A DNA stretch of 64,000 nucleotides from contig NMRA01000779.1 of the NCBI GenBank assembly GCA_002633005.1, positions 1 through 64,000 on the forward strand, written 5' to 3'. The first letter of the stretch is position 1, and every line of letters begins with the position of its first letter. Below the pieces are notes generated by a model, which saw only the letters and a list, made by a program, of their open reading frames with translations, was not told the origin of the DNA and did no database searches. The stretch is from Phoronis australis. Its lineage: Eukaryota; Animalia; Phoronida. Below are positions 62,204 to 64,000 of the stretch, one piece after another. The translations under genes were made by a program, and so were the position numbers.

Positions 62204-62524
62204 CTTCACTGAAGTCGTCGCCAGACTGCTCGTCTTCTTCCCGTCTCTCGTAATGGTCAAGTTCAGAATCGTCATTGTTACCGTCATCATCAGACATTTT
62301 TTGGTCTTCATTTTCGCGATAAGTCATGTTTATATCATCTGCTCTATTTTTCTTTGGTTTGGCTTCTTCGTCATTTACGTCTGCTTCATCCTGTTCACGT
62401 GACGTCATATCCTGTACTTGATCCTCCGTGTCCAACGGAGACAAGTGATCATTTTGTTGATCATCGCTGAACTCTCGGGTGTCAGCGAACTTACCGGATT
62501 GGCTCCAGCTAACTTCAAAATCAT
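62204..62524 (-). CDS. Knottin-array precursor: acidic pro-region exon (5' boundary uncertain; alternative acceptor at 62552)
   Basis: ttttcag|AT GAT...GAA G|gtaagt; about 39 of 107 residues are D/E. Confidence 0.7.
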
Positions 62525-63339
62525 CTGAAAATTTCCCACCAAGTAAGAAGCACTTGTTAAGGAATTGGCAAATACGAGAATTTAGAGTCCTGTGTGACCG
62601 ATTATATCTTTCGTCTTATTTTTTGTTTTGACTAGTTATGACAAGTACTGTTTTTCTAAGCTTCTATGCAACTCACCCTCTGTAAGTCAAGCCCGTGGCG
62701 ACTTTTGAAAGGAGGGAATACTTGCAGATCGGCCAAGCTTTGTTTTGTTTTCGTGTTTAAAATCCCATAGTCATGCAGGATCGCAGTACCTGTTTTCCTA
62801 CCACCACTATTGGGAAATGGGTCTTAAGGTACATGTACTAACATATCAAGGGATTCATTCATCAAGAACACATGATTAAATGTGAACACAACGAAAAAGG
62901 CTCACTATGAAGACTTAATAAAACCATAGGAAACCATATTTTAGCCTCATCGACCTTCAAAATTTAGGAGTAAGTAAGAAAACTACTTGAAAATTTTACA
63001 AAATCGGCATGAATTTTGTAGGGGCACATTTGAAACGAAATTTGTCTCGAGTGCCGAAGATCGCAAGAAATTATTGGCGAAAAATCTTCGCTTAATCTCA
63101 TACTTCACTCTAACACGTAATTAACTCTAACACTTATCTTTAACACGTAATTAACTCTAACACGTAATTCCCTCTAAGCTCGCCAACCAATCACTTGACT
63201 TGCCAACATTTTACTAGGATAGGCTAGTACCCTCGCGAACATGTGCATACCTATGCCATTCTGCGATCTTTCGTTACTTGCAAGAAACTGTATCCACGGA
63301 TCGCTCTGCAAGACTGCGTCCATCCGTCCCTTATTTGAC

Positions 63340-63627
63340 CTCCCGCCCCTTTTTCTTTACCCTTTCTTCCTTAACTCTTTCCCTTCTTCCTTACCCCTCC
63401 CCTTTCCTCCTTACACTCCCCGTTCCACCTTACGCCTCCTCTTTCCTCATTACCCCTCCCCTTTCCACCTTATCCCTCCCCTTTCCTCCTTATCCCTCTC
63501 CTTTCCTCCTTACCCCTCTCTTTTCCTCCTTACCCCTCCCCTGTCCACTTTACCCCTCTACTTTCCTCCTTACCCCTCCAGCTCCCCGTTCCACCTTACC
63601 TCTCCCCGTTCCACTTTACCCATCTCC
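63340..63627. repeat. Polypyrimidine low-complexity repeat (ccttaccctcccctttcct-like) running into an N gap
   Basis: Direct observation. Confidence 0.85.
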
Positions 63628-64000
63628 NNNNNNNNNNNNNNNNNNNNNNNNNNNNNNNNNNNNNNNNNNNNNNNNNNNNNNNNNNNNNNNNNNNNNNNNN
63701 NNNNNNNNNNNNNNNNNNNNNNNNNNNNNNNNNNNNNNNNNNNNNNNNNNNNNNAAAAAATAAGGACATAGACGACACGCGATCATATCCAGTGAATCAT
63801 GACCAGTTCTTTTTAGCATCATATTTGTTTGTACCCTCTGGAAGTTATTGCCGCTGGAGCCTCTTCAAGGTAAACAGTGGAATCTATTAATGACTAAAGC
63901 CACCTTAACAACTGCAACAATAATAATAGCAATAACAACAATAATGTAAACAATTATATTTTTGTGCAAAATCATTACTAATATCATTTACAATTACTGC

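Noticed and set aside
62677-63862. Small minus-strand exons (RHGLDLQR at 62677-62701; GSSGNNFQR near 63835-63862) as upstream exons of the knottin precursor
   Set aside because: They echo the DFQR motif and have plausible splice sites, but phases could not be chained unambiguously and an N gap intervenes; left uncalled.

Overview
Eukaryotic (metazoan) genomic DNA: intron-rich, repeat-rich and about 40% GC. It is most consistent with a marine invertebrate such as a lophotrochozoan (inference). It comes from a draft assembly with N gaps and several single-N joins flanked by duplicated sequence. Four spliced genes were reconstructed by hand from splice sites and reading phase. (1) A BMP type II receptor (BMPR2/wishful thinking; + strand, 9 coding exons at 2120-26263, first exon outside the window). 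(2) A complete 592-aa RhoBTB/RacA-like GTPase (+, 32273-39144) with an intact Rac-like G domain, two BTB domains and a CAAX end. (3) A mosaic receptor-like gene (+, 43360-54842): signal peptide, degenerate F-type lectin, TSP1, Ig, probable TM and an ITIM-like tail. (4) A minus-strand precursor (60260-62524+), which the ORF track shows only in fragments: a long acidic pro-region, an RR|Q cleavage site and eight tandem Arg-rich C-C-CC-C-C (knottin/ICK-type) domains. Introns and intergenic DNA hold Kolobok (THAP + KolX) derivatives, a TA-flanked 4.4-kb TIR element, MITEs with 5-, 6- and 8-bp TSDs, solo LTRs, a CR1/L2 relic and many minisatellites. There is also a decayed RLE-type non-LTR retrotransposon 3' end that appears fused to a USP (C19) deubiquitinase domain. 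All calls are from manual reading; no database searches were run.
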